A stretch of DNA of 64,000 nucleotides from Candidatus Multivorans sp. (GCA_965247095.1 OZ251997.1:2432001-2496000); one strand, 5' to 3'; positions 20,160 through 29,888 are shown, numbered from the stretch's first letter. The notes: generated from the sequence alone by a model not told the origin. Translations and numbers: made by a program.

Positions 20160-22184
20160 GTGGTGCGGAAGGTGATCGCGAACTCAGATGTTCGGCCTCG
20201 CGCCAGGGGCCGAACCTTGGTCGCGTGGGCCGGTGTGCTGGTGCTGGGGTCGACCTTGGCGGCGCAGGAAGGCGAGTGGCCGTACTTCGGCGGCGACCGC
20301 ACCTTCAAGCGCTACTCGCCGCTCGACCAGATTGACGCCTCGAACGTCGGCGATCTACGCATCGTCTGGCGACGGCCGGGTCTGGAACCGGAGCTCAAGG
20401 AGGAGTTCCCCGGGCTGCGTCCGGGCAACAACCTGCGATCGACGCCCATCATGGTCGAAGGTCGCCTTTTCCTGACCAACCTCGTTGGCCTGCTGCGCGC
20501 CGTCGACCCGGCGAGCGGCAAGACCTTGTGGTCTCAGGCGCCGGTCGAGCCGACGATCGAAGAGGCACGCGGCTTGAGCCCACGAGGCGTCGACCTCTGG
20601 ACCGGCGGCGAGCAGCAACGAGTGTTCCTCGCACGCGGCAACTACCTGTACTCGGTCGACGCCTCAAGTGGCGAGTTCGACGGCGACTTCGGCGACCAGG
20701 GACGCGTCAGCCTCCGCCTCTCGGGACCGCTTGCCGGCGATTTCACCTGGACTGCCGGGCCGCTCGTCGTGGGCGACGTCGTCGTGGTGGCCGGATTCAC
20801 CGGAGGCGCCGGCGACGGCGGCAGCAAGAAGGAGGCGACGCCGGAGGATGTGCGCGGCTACGACGTCCGCACGGGCCGCCGGCTGTGGACGTTCCACGTC
20901 GTACCGCGGCCGGGCGAGTCGGGCAATGAGACCTGGGGCGACGGCTCGTGGGAGTACTCGGGTGACCTCGGGTCGTGGTGCTGCCTATCGGCCGACGAGG
21001 AGCTCGGCTACGTCTACGTCCAGCTCTCGGCCCCAACCGCGGCGTACTACGGTGGCCACCGGCCCGGCGACAACCTGTACTCCAACTCACTCGTGGCACT
21101 GAACGCCAAGACGGGCGAGCGGATCTGGCACTTTCAGATGGTGCACCACGACGTCTGGGAGTGGGACACGGCCGGTCCGGCGACCCTCGGTGAGATCACG
21201 GTCGATGGGAGGCGTATCGACGCCGTCATGCAGCCCTCGAAGACCGGCTTCCTCTACGTCTTCGATCGCCGTACCGGGGAGCCGGTGTGGCCGATCGAGG
21301 AGAGGGCCGTGCCTGGCTCACGGGTCCCCGGGGAGCGACTGTCGCCGACCCAGCCATTCCCGACGAAGCCGCCGCCCTTCGACCGACTGGGATTCGTGGA
21401 GGACGACCTGATCGACTTCACACCGGAGCTCCGGGCACGGGCCCTGGAGCTCGTCAAGCCCTTCCGTCTCGGGCCGATCTTCACGCCGCCCGGCCTGATG
21501 GACGACGAGCAAGGGAAGAGTGGCACTCTGACGAATCCGGGAGCGTGGGGAACAGGGAACTGGCACACCGGCGCCTTCGATCCCGAGACCGGCGTCTACT
21601 ACGCCGTGTCCCACACCTGGCCGGGCGTGTACTCCTTGAAACAGCCGGAAGACAGCGACGCGACGCTCGGCTACGTGATCGCCTACGATGGTCCCGATGT
21701 ACCGACCCTCGACGGACTCCCGATTGTGAAGCCACCCTATGGTCGGATCACTGCAATCGATCTGCATCGCGGCGAGCACGTGTGGATGGCGGCCAACGGC
21801 GATGGGCCTCGAGACCATCCCCTGCTCGATGGCCTCGACGTGCCACCCCTGGGGGTCGCTGGGCGACCGGCACCGCTAGTGACGAAGACGCTGCTGTTCA
21901 TCGGTGAAGGCAGCGATGCCATCCCCGGCATCCAGGGGGAAGAAGGCCGCTACTGGGGCAAGAAGTTCCGCGCTTACGACAAGGCCACGGGCGAGGTGGT
22001 GTGGGAGACGGAGCTGCCATCCGGTACCACCGGTGCGCCGATGACCTACTTACACAATGGTCGCCAGTTCATCGTCGTCGCGATCGGCGGCAAGGAGTCC
22101 CCGGCAGAGTTCGTAGCGTTTGGCCTGTCGCTGGACCGAGCCCGTCCACTCGGGCGATCACCTAACCCAGGAGTCCACCCATGA
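20160..22184 (+). CDS. PQQ-dependent dehydrogenase (quinoprotein glucose DH-like)
   Basis: RYSPLDQI, YYGGHRPGDNLYSNSLVAL, WHFQMVHHDVWEWD, SPTQPFP, PMTYLHNGRQF. Confidence 0.9.
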   Translation: MVRKVIANSDVRPRARGRTLVAWAGVLVLGSTLAAQEGEWPYFGGDRTFKRYSPLDQIDASNVGDLRIVWRRPGLEPELKEEFPGLRPGNNLRSTPIMVEGRLFLTNLVGLLRAVDPASGKTLWSQAPVEPTIEEARGLSPRGVDLWTGGEQQRVFLARGNYLYSVDASSGEFDGDFGDQGRVSLRLSGPLAGDFTWTAGPLVVGDVVVVAGFTGGAGDGGSKKEATPEDVRGYDVRTGRRLWTFHVVPRPGESGNETWGDGSWEYSGDLGSWCCLSADEELGYVYVQLSAPTAAYYGGHRPGDNLYSNSLVALNAKTGERIWHFQMVHHDVWEWDTAGPATLGEITVDGRRIDAVMQPSKTGFLYVFDRRTGEPVWPIEERAVPGSRVPGERLSPTQPFPTKPPPFDRLGFVEDDLIDFTPELRARALELVKPFRLGPIFTPPGLMDDEQGKSGTLTNPGAWGTGNWHTGAFDPETGVYYAVSHTWPGVYSLKQPEDSDATLGYVIAYDGPDVPTLDGLPIVKPPYGRITAIDLHRGEHVWMAANGDGPRDHPLLDGLDVPPLGVAGRPAPLVTKTLLFIGEGSDAIPGIQGEEGRYWGKKFRAYDKATGEVVWETELPSGTTGAPMTYLHNGRQFIVVAIGGKESPAEFVAFGLSLDRARPLGRSPNPGVHP

Positions 22185-22618
22185 AGAGAAGAGTCTTGAT
22201 CATCCTCTGTGCAACAGTCCTTGGGAGTTCCATGATGGCTGCAAGTGATGAAACCGTTCGGCCGGCGAAGATCAGCAAGCCAGATCTCGGCGGCAAGATC
22301 TTCGAGCGCCCGGACGTGGTCGAGAACACCCACGCCGACGGGCACGTGACGCAGACGGCCACGTCGCTGGTCTCGAGCGACAAGAGCTTCTCTTCCGGCA
22401 TGTACAAGTCTGGGAAGACACGGATCGAGATCACCCAGCCGTACGGTGTCGACGAGTTCATGTACTTCCTCGAGGGCGGCGTCACTCTGACGTCATCTGA
22501 CGGAACGGAGCTCGTGATCAACGCCGGGGAGGCAGTGACGGTCCCGAAAGAGTGGACCGGAGTCTTCGAAACGGACGGCTACACGAAGATCTGGGTCATC
22601 TACTCCCCGCGTAAGTAG
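22181..22618 (+). CDS. Secreted cupin (DUF861/EutQ-like)
   Basis: Signal peptide; DEFMYFLEGGVTL..AGEAVTVPKEWTG. Confidence 0.75.
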   Translation: MKRRVLIILCATVLGSSMMAASDETVRPAKISKPDLGGKIFERPDVVENTHADGHVTQTATSLVSSDKSFSSGMYKSGKTRIEITQPYGVDEFMYFLEGGVTLTSSDGTELVINAGEAVTVPKEWTGVFETDGYTKIWVIYSPRK

Positions 22619-22682
22619 ACAAGGCGCGCGTCCCTTTCAGTTCGGCCGCAACGACGGAGCGTATGACAGGATCCCCGGCATC

Positions 22683-23570
22683 ATGACCATACAAGCCGCT
22701 TCCGAAACGCGCCCAGATTGGACGCCCACCGCAGCCCCCATCGAGATCCGACCTCTGACCCCCCATATCGGCGCGGAGATCGAGGGAGTCGACCTGTCCC
22801 AGCCGCTCTCGCAGTCGCAGAAGGACGACATCAGGCGGGTCTGGCTGGAGTGGCAGGTGCTGGTTTTTCGTGACCAGGAGCTCACCCGCGAGCAGCACAA
22901 GGACTTCGGCCGTTCCTTCGGCCCGCTGCACGTCCACCCGCTGCACAAGAGCTCCGAGTACAAGGGCGGGCACGACCCGGAAATCCTTGTCGTCAAGACC
23001 ACGCAGAAGTCCAGGTACACGGCGGGCGACGGTTGGCATACGGACGTGTCGTGCGACGAGGAACCGCCGATGGCGTCGATGCTCTACATCAAGGAGATTC
23101 CCGAGTGCGGCTCGGGAGGCGACACACTATTCGCCGACATGTACCGCGCTTATGAGACGCTATCGGAGCGGATGCAGCAGTTTCTCGAAGGTCTGGTAGC
23201 GGTGCATGACGGTGCGCTGCCCTACATCGGCAAGTACGGCTACGCAGCTCCCGATGGAAAGGCGTACCCGAAGACCGAGCACCCGGTGGTGATCCGCCAT
23301 CCCGAGACCGGCCGCAAGGCCCTGTTCGTCAACAGCGGCTTCACGTCGCACATCCGCGGTCTGCGTCGATGGGAGAGCCGGGGTCTACTCGACATGCTCT
23401 TCAGGCACATCGCTACAACAGTCTCGCTGACCTGTCGCGTGCGCTGGGAGCCCAACACGCTCACCCTCTGGGACAACCGCTGCACGCAGCATCATGCCGT
23501 GTGGGACTACTACCCGCAGTCGCGCTTCGGCGAGCGGGTCTCGATCGTGGGTGATCGGCCGGTCGCTTAA
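22683..23570 (+). CDS. TauD/TfdA Fe(II)/2-oxoglutarate dioxygenase, copy 1
   Basis: LTPHIGAEI, WHTDVS, GGDTLFADM, WDNRCTQH. Confidence 0.92.
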   Translation: MTIQAASETRPDWTPTAAPIEIRPLTPHIGAEIEGVDLSQPLSQSQKDDIRRVWLEWQVLVFRDQELTREQHKDFGRSFGPLHVHPLHKSSEYKGGHDPEILVVKTTQKSRYTAGDGWHTDVSCDEEPPMASMLYIKEIPECGSGGDTLFADMYRAYETLSERMQQFLEGLVAVHDGALPYIGKYGYAAPDGKAYPKTEHPVVIRHPETGRKALFVNSGFTSHIRGLRRWESRGLLDMLFRHIATTVSLTCRVRWEPNTLTLWDNRCTQHHAVWDYYPQSRFGERVSIVGDRPVA

Positions 23571-23826
23571 CAGGGCCGCCGCCTGCCTGCTCGATCTCGG
23601 CGCCTACCCGGACCTCCGCCACGGCTTCGGCGGCGAAGGGCACGGCGTCCAAGCCGTCGCCATGCATCTGGCGGCTCAGCACAGTGCGCTCAGGTGCCTC
23701 GACCTGCTGCTCGACCGAGGCGCCGACCCGTCGATCGTCGACGCCGCTTACGACGCCACACCCCTGGAGTGGGCGGTGGAGTGCGGCGCACCGGATTCGG
23801 CAGAGTTGCTGCGACGGAGGGCTTAG
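23571..23826 (+). pseudogene. Ankyrin-repeat protein C-terminal remnant
   Basis: AMHLAAQ..LDLLLDRGADP..DATPLEWA; abuts tauD stop with no start of its own. Confidence 0.65.
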
Positions 23827-23839
23827 GACTCGTCGCGGC

Positions 23840-24130
23840 TCAACCAAGCTCGCCCGTGGCGTACTTGTGAAGGATGCTGGAAATGAGAGTCTGGTACGGC
23901 ACTCCTTCGCGGGCCGCCAACCGCTTGATTTCCACCAGGTCGTGACTCGGCAGGCGGATGTTGATTCGCTTGTCCTTTCGAAGCGTCTCGCGGGCCGCGG
24001 ACTCCAGCCTGGCGACGTCCCGAGAAGAGCCCGAGGCTCTTCGGAGACGTCCTTGCTCGTAGGCCCTCAGGATCTCGCGCTCCTCAGGGTCGAGTGCTGC
24101 TGAATCGGGCTTCGTCGTGCGTTCGGTCAT
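23840..24130 (-). CDS. CopG/BrnA-like RHH antitoxin
   Basis: LDPEEREIL..KDKRINIRL..AAREGVPYQTLISSILHKY. Confidence 0.85.
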   Translation of the reverse strand: MTERTTKPDSAALDPEEREILRAYEQGRLRRASGSSRDVARLESAARETLRKDKRINIRLPSHDLVEIKRLAAREGVPYQTLISSILHKYATGELG

Positions 24131-24136
24131 GGCTCG

Positions 24137-24412
24137 TCACCTCGCCCTCAGGTACTTCTTCGTCGCCTTCCGGCTCGGGATGATCGTCTTGAGGAAGAAG
24201 TCGCCTGCTTCCGTCTCCACGTAAGGAACCAGGTAGGCGTACTCCCCGATCTCGATCACGGCAATCCGCTGGTGTGGCCGTTTCGGATCCGGATGGTCGT
24301 AGATGTCGACCAGCGCACCCGATTCGATCAGTGTCGCCACCTCCTCGAAACTGACGCCCCGCTCCGCGATCAAGCGTCTGTTCTTCGCAGGATCCCAGAG
24401 ACAACGGCTCAT
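24137..24412 (-). CDS. BrnT-like toxin
   Basis: WDPAKNRRLIAERGVSFEEV..YAYLVPYV..FLKTIIPSRKATKKY. Confidence 0.85.
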   Translation of the reverse strand: MSRCLWDPAKNRRLIAERGVSFEEVATLIESGALVDIYDHPDPKRPHQRIAVIEIGEYAYLVPYVETEAGDFFLKTIIPSRKATKKYLRAR

Positions 24413-24588
24413 ACTTGATCGGAGCTGATTGTCGCCGATTGTATGCCGATCGTCAACAGCGGCCGCAACCAAACAGGAAACGGCCCAGACCGATGTCCGG
24501 GTCAGACTCCTGCAACACGGCTTCGGCCGCTGCCGGTATACTCCGCCGCTCGACAGCGGTCGGCACCGAAGCCGCGGCCCGAATCCGC

Positions 24589-24665
24589 GTCCCCATCGTC
24601 TAGCCAGGTCAGGACTCCAGCCTTTCAAGCTGGCAACACGGGTTCGAATCCCGTTGGGGACACCA
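24589..24665 (+). tRNA. tRNA-Glu (anticodon TTC), CCA encoded
   Basis: Acceptor GTCCCCA/TGGGGAC; anticodon arm CCAGC-CTTTCAA-GCTGG; T arm ACGGG-TTCGAAT-CCCGT; upstream TATACT at 24537. Confidence 0.97.
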
Positions 24666-24970
24666 TCGCGCCTGCCGGCACGATGCTGGCCCCAGCGGGA
24701 TTCGGTCGCCGCGCCTCGCCTACGGCTCGGAGCGCTGGGTCGTATCCCCGTTTGGGGACACTGCGCTGCCGCCGGGCGCGATGCTGGCCCCAGCGGGATT
24801 CGGTCGCCGCGCCTCGCCTGCGGCTCGGAGCGCTGGGTCGTATCCCCGTTGGGGACACTGCGCTGCCGCCGGGCGCGATGCTGGCCCCAGCGGGATTCGG
24901 TCGCCGCGCCTCGCCTACGGCTCGGAGCGCTGGGTCGTATCCCGTTGGGGACGCCATCGCGCCCGCCGGC
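24666..24970 (+). repeat. Three tandem ~97-98-nt palindromic units derived from the tRNA 3' end
   Basis: CGATGCTGGCCCCAGCGGGATTCG starts at 24681, 24779, 24876; each unit ends with GGGTCGTATCCC(C)GTT(T)GGGGAC. Confidence 0.92.
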
Positions 24971-25007
24971 TGAGTCTCTCGGCGTCAGGCCGGTACAGAA
25001 CCCGCAC

Positions 25008-26018
25008 CTACTTCGGAGGCGTTGGGGGATTGGCCGTCCTGTCCATCAGGTCCACCAGTTGCAAACGGTACTCGTCCTCGACGGCAGCGGCAAAGTGAAT
25101 GGCAGAATCGCTCGACTCAATTCTCGCGAGTACGGCCTCGTAGGCGCGACGGCTCGGGAACCTCAGGATGCGATAGTCGTCCCAATCTCGCCCGTCGCCG
25201 ACCAGAACACCGGCGACTTCCGCTTTGAGCATCGGCTCCACGCCGGCCTCGTGAAGACTTCCCTCCAGAGATTTCCAAAACACGTCCATCGCTTCGCGTC
25301 CACTCCGTTGGGGTTCGCTGCTGCCTTCGGGGTACTCGGCGACGGCGCGATACTTCACCAGATGAAAGAGAGTAAAGGACGGGTCGTCGGCGGACGCCGG
25401 ATGGGGAACGTCGGCCGCGGTGACCGGAGGCTTATCCGAATACGTCCAATCTTCTTCGGGTATCGTGACGATGATCTGGGACGCGGCGAGGCTTGGGCCT
25501 TTGTGAACGACGGTCTCTTGGAAACCCGCGCTCGCCCTCATTTGCGCGATCTTCGCCCGACTCGGATACATGACGATTCCGACCCGATCCCACGTCGGAT
25601 CTTTGCCTACGAGCTGCGCTTCGACGCTGCCGGCGTAAACTAGCCCGCCGCCCACTTTCTCAACTTCCGGTAACGGGTTGTACAGCCTGTCGGCTTCTTC
25701 GCCCGTCAGGTTCGTCTCGCGCCCGTCGGGATATTCGGCCTTGTCCCGGTACTTCATGAGGTTGAGCATGTACAACATTCCGTCCTGAGCCGGCGGAACG
25801 ATCATGAAACTTGCCGCGTTCGGGTTCAGGGTCCCGAAGCTGGGATCGGGAGTTTGGGCCTTGCTGATCGCGCCGTCGCTGTCGGCGTCGCTAGCTTCGA
25901 AGACCTGCTGAGACGACTGCGCAAACACGGGCGGAGAGAACACCGCGGTCCCGATCGCCACGATGAACATCCCAAAGATCGAAAGAAAGTTGATAACGCT
26001 GGAGCGGTCGTCAGTCAT
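25008..26018 (-). CDS. Secreted tandem DUF1330-like protein with EF-hand-like loop
   Basis: RBS AGGAGA; MLNLMKYRDKAEYPDGR..WDRVGIVMYPSR and second repeat LVKYRAVAEYPEG..WDDYRILRFPSR; DADSDGAISK. Confidence 0.65.
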   Translation of the reverse strand: MTDDRSSVINFLSIFGMFIVAIGTAVFSPPVFAQSSQQVFEASDADSDGAISKAQTPDPSFGTLNPNAASFMIVPPAQDGMLYMLNLMKYRDKAEYPDGRETNLTGEEADRLYNPLPEVEKVGGGLVYAGSVEAQLVGKDPTWDRVGIVMYPSRAKIAQMRASAGFQETVVHKGPSLAASQIIVTIPEEDWTYSDKPPVTAADVPHPASADDPSFTLFHLVKYRAVAEYPEGSSEPQRSGREAMDVFWKSLEGSLHEAGVEPMLKAEVAGVLVGDGRDWDDYRILRFPSRRAYEAVLARIESSDSAIHFAAAVEDEYRLQLVDLMDRTANPPTPPK

Positions 26019-26119
26019 GATGATTCTCCTCTTGGTGATGGATCGTGAGCTGGCACCCGCCGCCGACCGGTGACCGCGTGGTGGGGGGGTGTAGCGACGA
26101 GATCGCGCAGGGCCGCAGC

Positions 26120-28042
26120 TCACGTCGCGCTGATCCTGCGCCCTGCGGCACTGGCGAATTCGTTGATCCCGATCTCGTGTCGAAGGTCCGCCGAGCGAAG
26201 ATCGAGCTCTTCGCCGAGGGGGATCCCGATTCCGTCGGCGATGCGAACCATGCGCTGAAAGTTCGCGATGACGGCGGCGACGTCGACGACCGCTGCATCT
26301 CCCAACGACTTCTGGACGGCGTCGCGGGCCTGTGTCACCTCCGGTGACCGGGCAACTACCGCATCCGCGTAGGCGATCAACTCTGCGCCATACGCCACCC
26401 CGGTCACTTGATCGCTGGCACCCCTAGTGATCGCCTCGAAGTCCACATCGCTGCCCTGACTGCTCGCCCGGAGCATCTGTGCGTGTGCGGTCGTTCAGTA
26501 GAAGCACTCGTTGAGGGCGGATAACCGGCCGGCGACCAACTCCGTCTGCCTGCGGTCCAGGCTGCCAGACTTTGGGTTGTGACCCGCCAGGTAGAAGGGA
26601 AACAGAAGGTCGAGCAGATTACGCAGGGCATCGGGCACGAGGGACATGGCCCGAATCACGTTCGGCACGAAGCGACGGGAAGCGGGAAGCCGATCGTAGA
26701 CGTCGGCTTCGTTCTCACCCTCGCCATCGTTGGGGATCATGGGAACCCAGGCGCCATCGTCGACGGCCTCCGCGGGTCGGTAGCGGGTAGGTTCACCGGC
26801 CCGCACCTCCGGGAGCGGAAGCAGCGGGAACTCCAGAGCGTCGCAGAAGGCGTCGATCCCCATCACCGTGCCCCAGTTGAGCATGGACCACATGGACTTC
26901 CGCTCCATCATCTTCTTGAAGTGGGCAGCACCGTTCATTTCCGGTACTCGTCCCACCCCTGGGCCCATGTCCGGGAGGACCGGGAAACCGGCTTCGACCC
27001 GGAAGTCGAAGCTCTGCGACCGAGGTAGACCGCACTCCACGTCGTCGCACGCTTGCCAACGGACCCTGCCGCTGATGTCGACATAGCGCTTGCCGTCGGC
27101 CTTCTGCATGGCTCTGCCGTTTTGTGCGATCGGTAGCCGCAGCACCACGTCGCCCTCGTAGACTTCGAGGGTGTCGCCGGACCCGGCGAGGGTCAACCTC
27201 GAAGTAGGCGGTGCAACCAGAGCGCGGCTGATGATGCCGGGAGCGTCGTCGACTTCGATCGTGGCAGCCACCAGGCCGTCCGGTACCGGCTCGCCGTAGA
27301 GATGCTGCCCTTCCGGTACCCGAAAGGTCGCGACGATCTCGTGAAAGACGCCCGAGAGCAGCCGGTCGGCGTCGAGGATCACGTCGACACTCACCTGCTC
27401 CGCCGGGCTTGCCGCGGGCTCCACCTCGAACCTCCGGCCGAGAGCAGCGTTGAGGAGCTGCTCGGGTCCGAATCTCGCACCAAAGTTGCGGTCGAAGAAC
27501 TTGGCGACGATGATGCCGTCGGCATCGATCGCGTAGGCCCCGGGAAAGGGGATCCCGTACCAGGGGTGCTCGTCCGGCGGGATGAGCGTGTTGAGGATCC
27601 CGAACGCTCGAATCACCTCGCTGTTCGGGTCCGACAGCATGGTGAAAGTGACCCCCATGGCATTGGAGTAGTCGGCGAGCGCATCGACCTCGTCATAGGT
27701 CAGGGTGTAGAGCTTGACCCCGGCGGCATCGAAAGCGGCCATTCCTCGCTCCAGCTCGACCAGCTGGGTTCGACAGGGGGGTCACCACACCGCTGATCGG
27801 GAGAAGACCAGGACCGCCGGTTGGCCGCGGCGGTCCGCATGCAGGTCGATCGAGCGACCGTGTTGGTCGATCGCGACCACCTCGGGTAGTCGCGTGCCGA
27901 CCTCGGGACCGTTCGGAAAGTCACCGAGGGGAATGCGACGGGATCTCGTGTTGGGAGCCAACGGCATGAGGAAGCCGTCGGCGTCGGCGAAGTAGCCGGG
28001 GGGGCCGGCCTCACGGCCTCGCGTATCTACTCTGATGTCCAT
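26120..28042 (-). CDS. Predicted 640-aa selenoprotein with two Sec: Prx/AhpC-like (UPPC) + DsbD-N-like + AhpD/CMD-like (CFYU)
   Basis: ORFs 27782-28042, 26495-27742 and 26120-26476 share one frame, separated only by TGA at 27782-84 (AVW-U-PPCRTQLVEL) and 26495-97 (NECFY-U-TTAHAQMLRAS). Confidence 0.8.
26461..26475 (-). promoter_or_regulatory. Bacterial SECIS-like hairpin 2
   Basis: TGCTC-CGGGC-GAGCA; G at loop position 2, 24 nt after UGA. Confidence 0.65.
27751..27767 (-). promoter_or_regulatory. Bacterial SECIS-like hairpin 1
   Basis: CCAGCT-GGTCG-AGCTGG; loop starts with G, 20 nt after UGA. Confidence 0.7.
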
Positions 28043-28145
28043 TCGCGCACTCTACAGCGCGACGAGAAGCAGCATCCCGGCGAGCTGCTCCACCCCTGGC
28101 GCCGCCGCCGCGCCCGGTAGCGCGGACGCTCTAGATGGACGCTAC

Positions 28146-28907
28146 TCAGTTCCACCAGGCCTTGTCGGAGTAGGCACGCACGTCCAACTCGAAGGTCCAG
28201 GTGGACCGATGCTGTCGGACGAGATGGAGGTAGGTCTCCGCCACCTGCTTGGGCAGGATGAGGCCGTCGGCCGCTCCCTTCGTGTTCCGGAGAGCCTCGA
28301 ACCGCTCCGGCCCAAGCATCTTGCCTAGCGTGTCCGGTGCATCGACCGATCCATCCACGAGCACATGAGCCACATGAATTCCCCTTGCGGCGAACTCGGC
28401 GTTCAGCGTCTGGCAGAGCATGCGGCGTCCCCCCATCGCGGCCGCGTGGGAGTGCTGTCCTGCATTGCCGCGCGCCGCGGCTGTGGCCGAGGTGACGATC
28501 AGCGTTCCATGGCCACGCTCAGCCATGCGGGGGCAGACCGCGGAGGCTGTCCGGAAGAGGCCGAACGTGGCCATGCGCCAGCCGAGCTCGAAGGCCTTGT
28601 AGCTGGTATCGGCGAGCGCCCGATCGCCGATCTGGGCGCCGAGGTTGTAGATCATCACTTCGATCGGCCCGATCTCCTCCTCCACCTGGGCAATCTGATC
28701 CTCGATGGCGTTCTCCTTGACGGCGTTCAGGAGAAAGCCGGACGCATCCCCTCCCTCCTCGTGAATGCCGGCGACCAGAGCGTTCAGCCCGTCTTCGTCG
28801 CTCCGGCGACAGAGAACCGCGTGGTACTCCTCGCGAGCAAACCTTCGGCCTGCGGTACCACCGATCCCGGCGCCGGCGCCCATGACAAAGCAAACTGGTT
28901 TCATCAT
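28146..28907 (-). CDS. SDR-family oxidoreductase (atypical active site)
   Basis: GAGAGIG, YNLGAQ, TSATAAARG, HSHAAAMG in place of YxxxK. Confidence 0.85.
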   Translation of the reverse strand: MMKPVCFVMGAGAGIGGTAGRRFAREEYHAVLCRRSDEDGLNALVAGIHEEGGDASGFLLNAVKENAIEDQIAQVEEEIGPIEVMIYNLGAQIGDRALADTSYKAFELGWRMATFGLFRTASAVCPRMAERGHGTLIVTSATAAARGNAGQHSHAAAMGGRRMLCQTLNAEFAARGIHVAHVLVDGSVDAPDTLGKMLGPERFEALRNTKGAADGLILPKQVAETYLHLVRQHRSTWTFELDVRAYSDKAWWN

Positions 28908-28944
28908 CCTTCCTCCATGAGTGGACAGCGGAGCGTATGACAGG

Positions 28945-29844
28945 ATGACCGGCACCACGACCGTACAAGCCGCTTCCGAAACGCGCCCTGACTGGACGCC
29001 CGCCGCAGCCCCCATCGAAATCCGACCTCTGACGCCCCATATCGGCGCGGAGATCGAGGGAGTCGACCTGTCCCAGCCGCTCTCCCAGTCCCAGAAGGAC
29101 GACATCAGGCAAGCCTGGCTGGACTGGCAGGTGCTGGTCTTCCGTGACCAGGAACTCACCCGCGAGCAGCACAAGGACTTCGGCCGGTCCTTCGGCCCGC
29201 TGCAGGTCCACCCCCTGCACAAGAGCTCCGAGTACAAGGGCGGGCACGACCCGGAGATCCTCGTCGTCAAGACCACCCAGAAGTCGAAGTACACGGCGGG
29301 CGACGGCTGGCACACCGACGTGTCGTGCGACGAGAAGCCGCCGATGGCGTCGATGCTCTACATCAAGGAGATTCCCGAGTGCGGCTCGGGAGGCGACACG
29401 CTCTTCGCCGACATGTATCGCGCCTACGAGACCCTCTCGGAGCGGATGCAGCAGTTTCTCGAGGGTCTGATCGCGGTACATGACGGTGCGCTGCCCTACA
29501 TCGGCAAGTACGGCTACGCGGCTCCCGATGGAAAGGCGTACCCGAAGACCGAGCACCCGGTGGTGATCCGCCATCCCGAGACCGGCCGCAAGGCCCTGTT
29601 CGTCAACAGCGGTTTCACCTCGCATATCCGCGGTCTGCGACGATGGGAGAGCCGCGGTCTGCTCGACATGCTCTTCGAGCACATTGCCACCACAGTCTCT
29701 CTGACCTGTCGCGTGCGCTGGGAGCCCAATACGCTTACTCTCTGGGACAACCGCTGCACCCAGCATCATGCCGTGTGGGACTACTACCCGCAGTCGCGCT
29801 TCGGCGAGCGGGTCTCGATTGTGGGTGACCGGCCGGTCGCCTAG
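28945..29844 (+). CDS. TauD/TfdA dioxygenase, copy 2
   Basis: Nearly identical protein to 22683-23570 with scattered substitutions. Confidence 0.92.
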   Translation: MTGTTTVQAASETRPDWTPAAAPIEIRPLTPHIGAEIEGVDLSQPLSQSQKDDIRQAWLDWQVLVFRDQELTREQHKDFGRSFGPLQVHPLHKSSEYKGGHDPEILVVKTTQKSKYTAGDGWHTDVSCDEKPPMASMLYIKEIPECGSGGDTLFADMYRAYETLSERMQQFLEGLIAVHDGALPYIGKYGYAAPDGKAYPKTEHPVVIRHPETGRKALFVNSGFTSHIRGLRRWESRGLLDMLFEHIATTVSLTCRVRWEPNTLTLWDNRCTQHHAVWDYYPQSRFGERVSIVGDRPVA

Positions 29845-29888
29845 CTACCTCGTTAGACACCGAGGAGCGGACGCGCCTCTTCCGTGGG

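Noticed and set aside
24666-24970. CRISPR array or additional tRNA genes
   Set aside because: Units are near-identical throughout with no unique spacers and no cas genes; they contain only T-arm/acceptor fragments with no anticodon arm
24429-25643. Long ORFs with repeated peptides over the tRNA
   Set aside because: Translation artefacts of the tRNA, the DNA repeat and the antisense of 25008-26018
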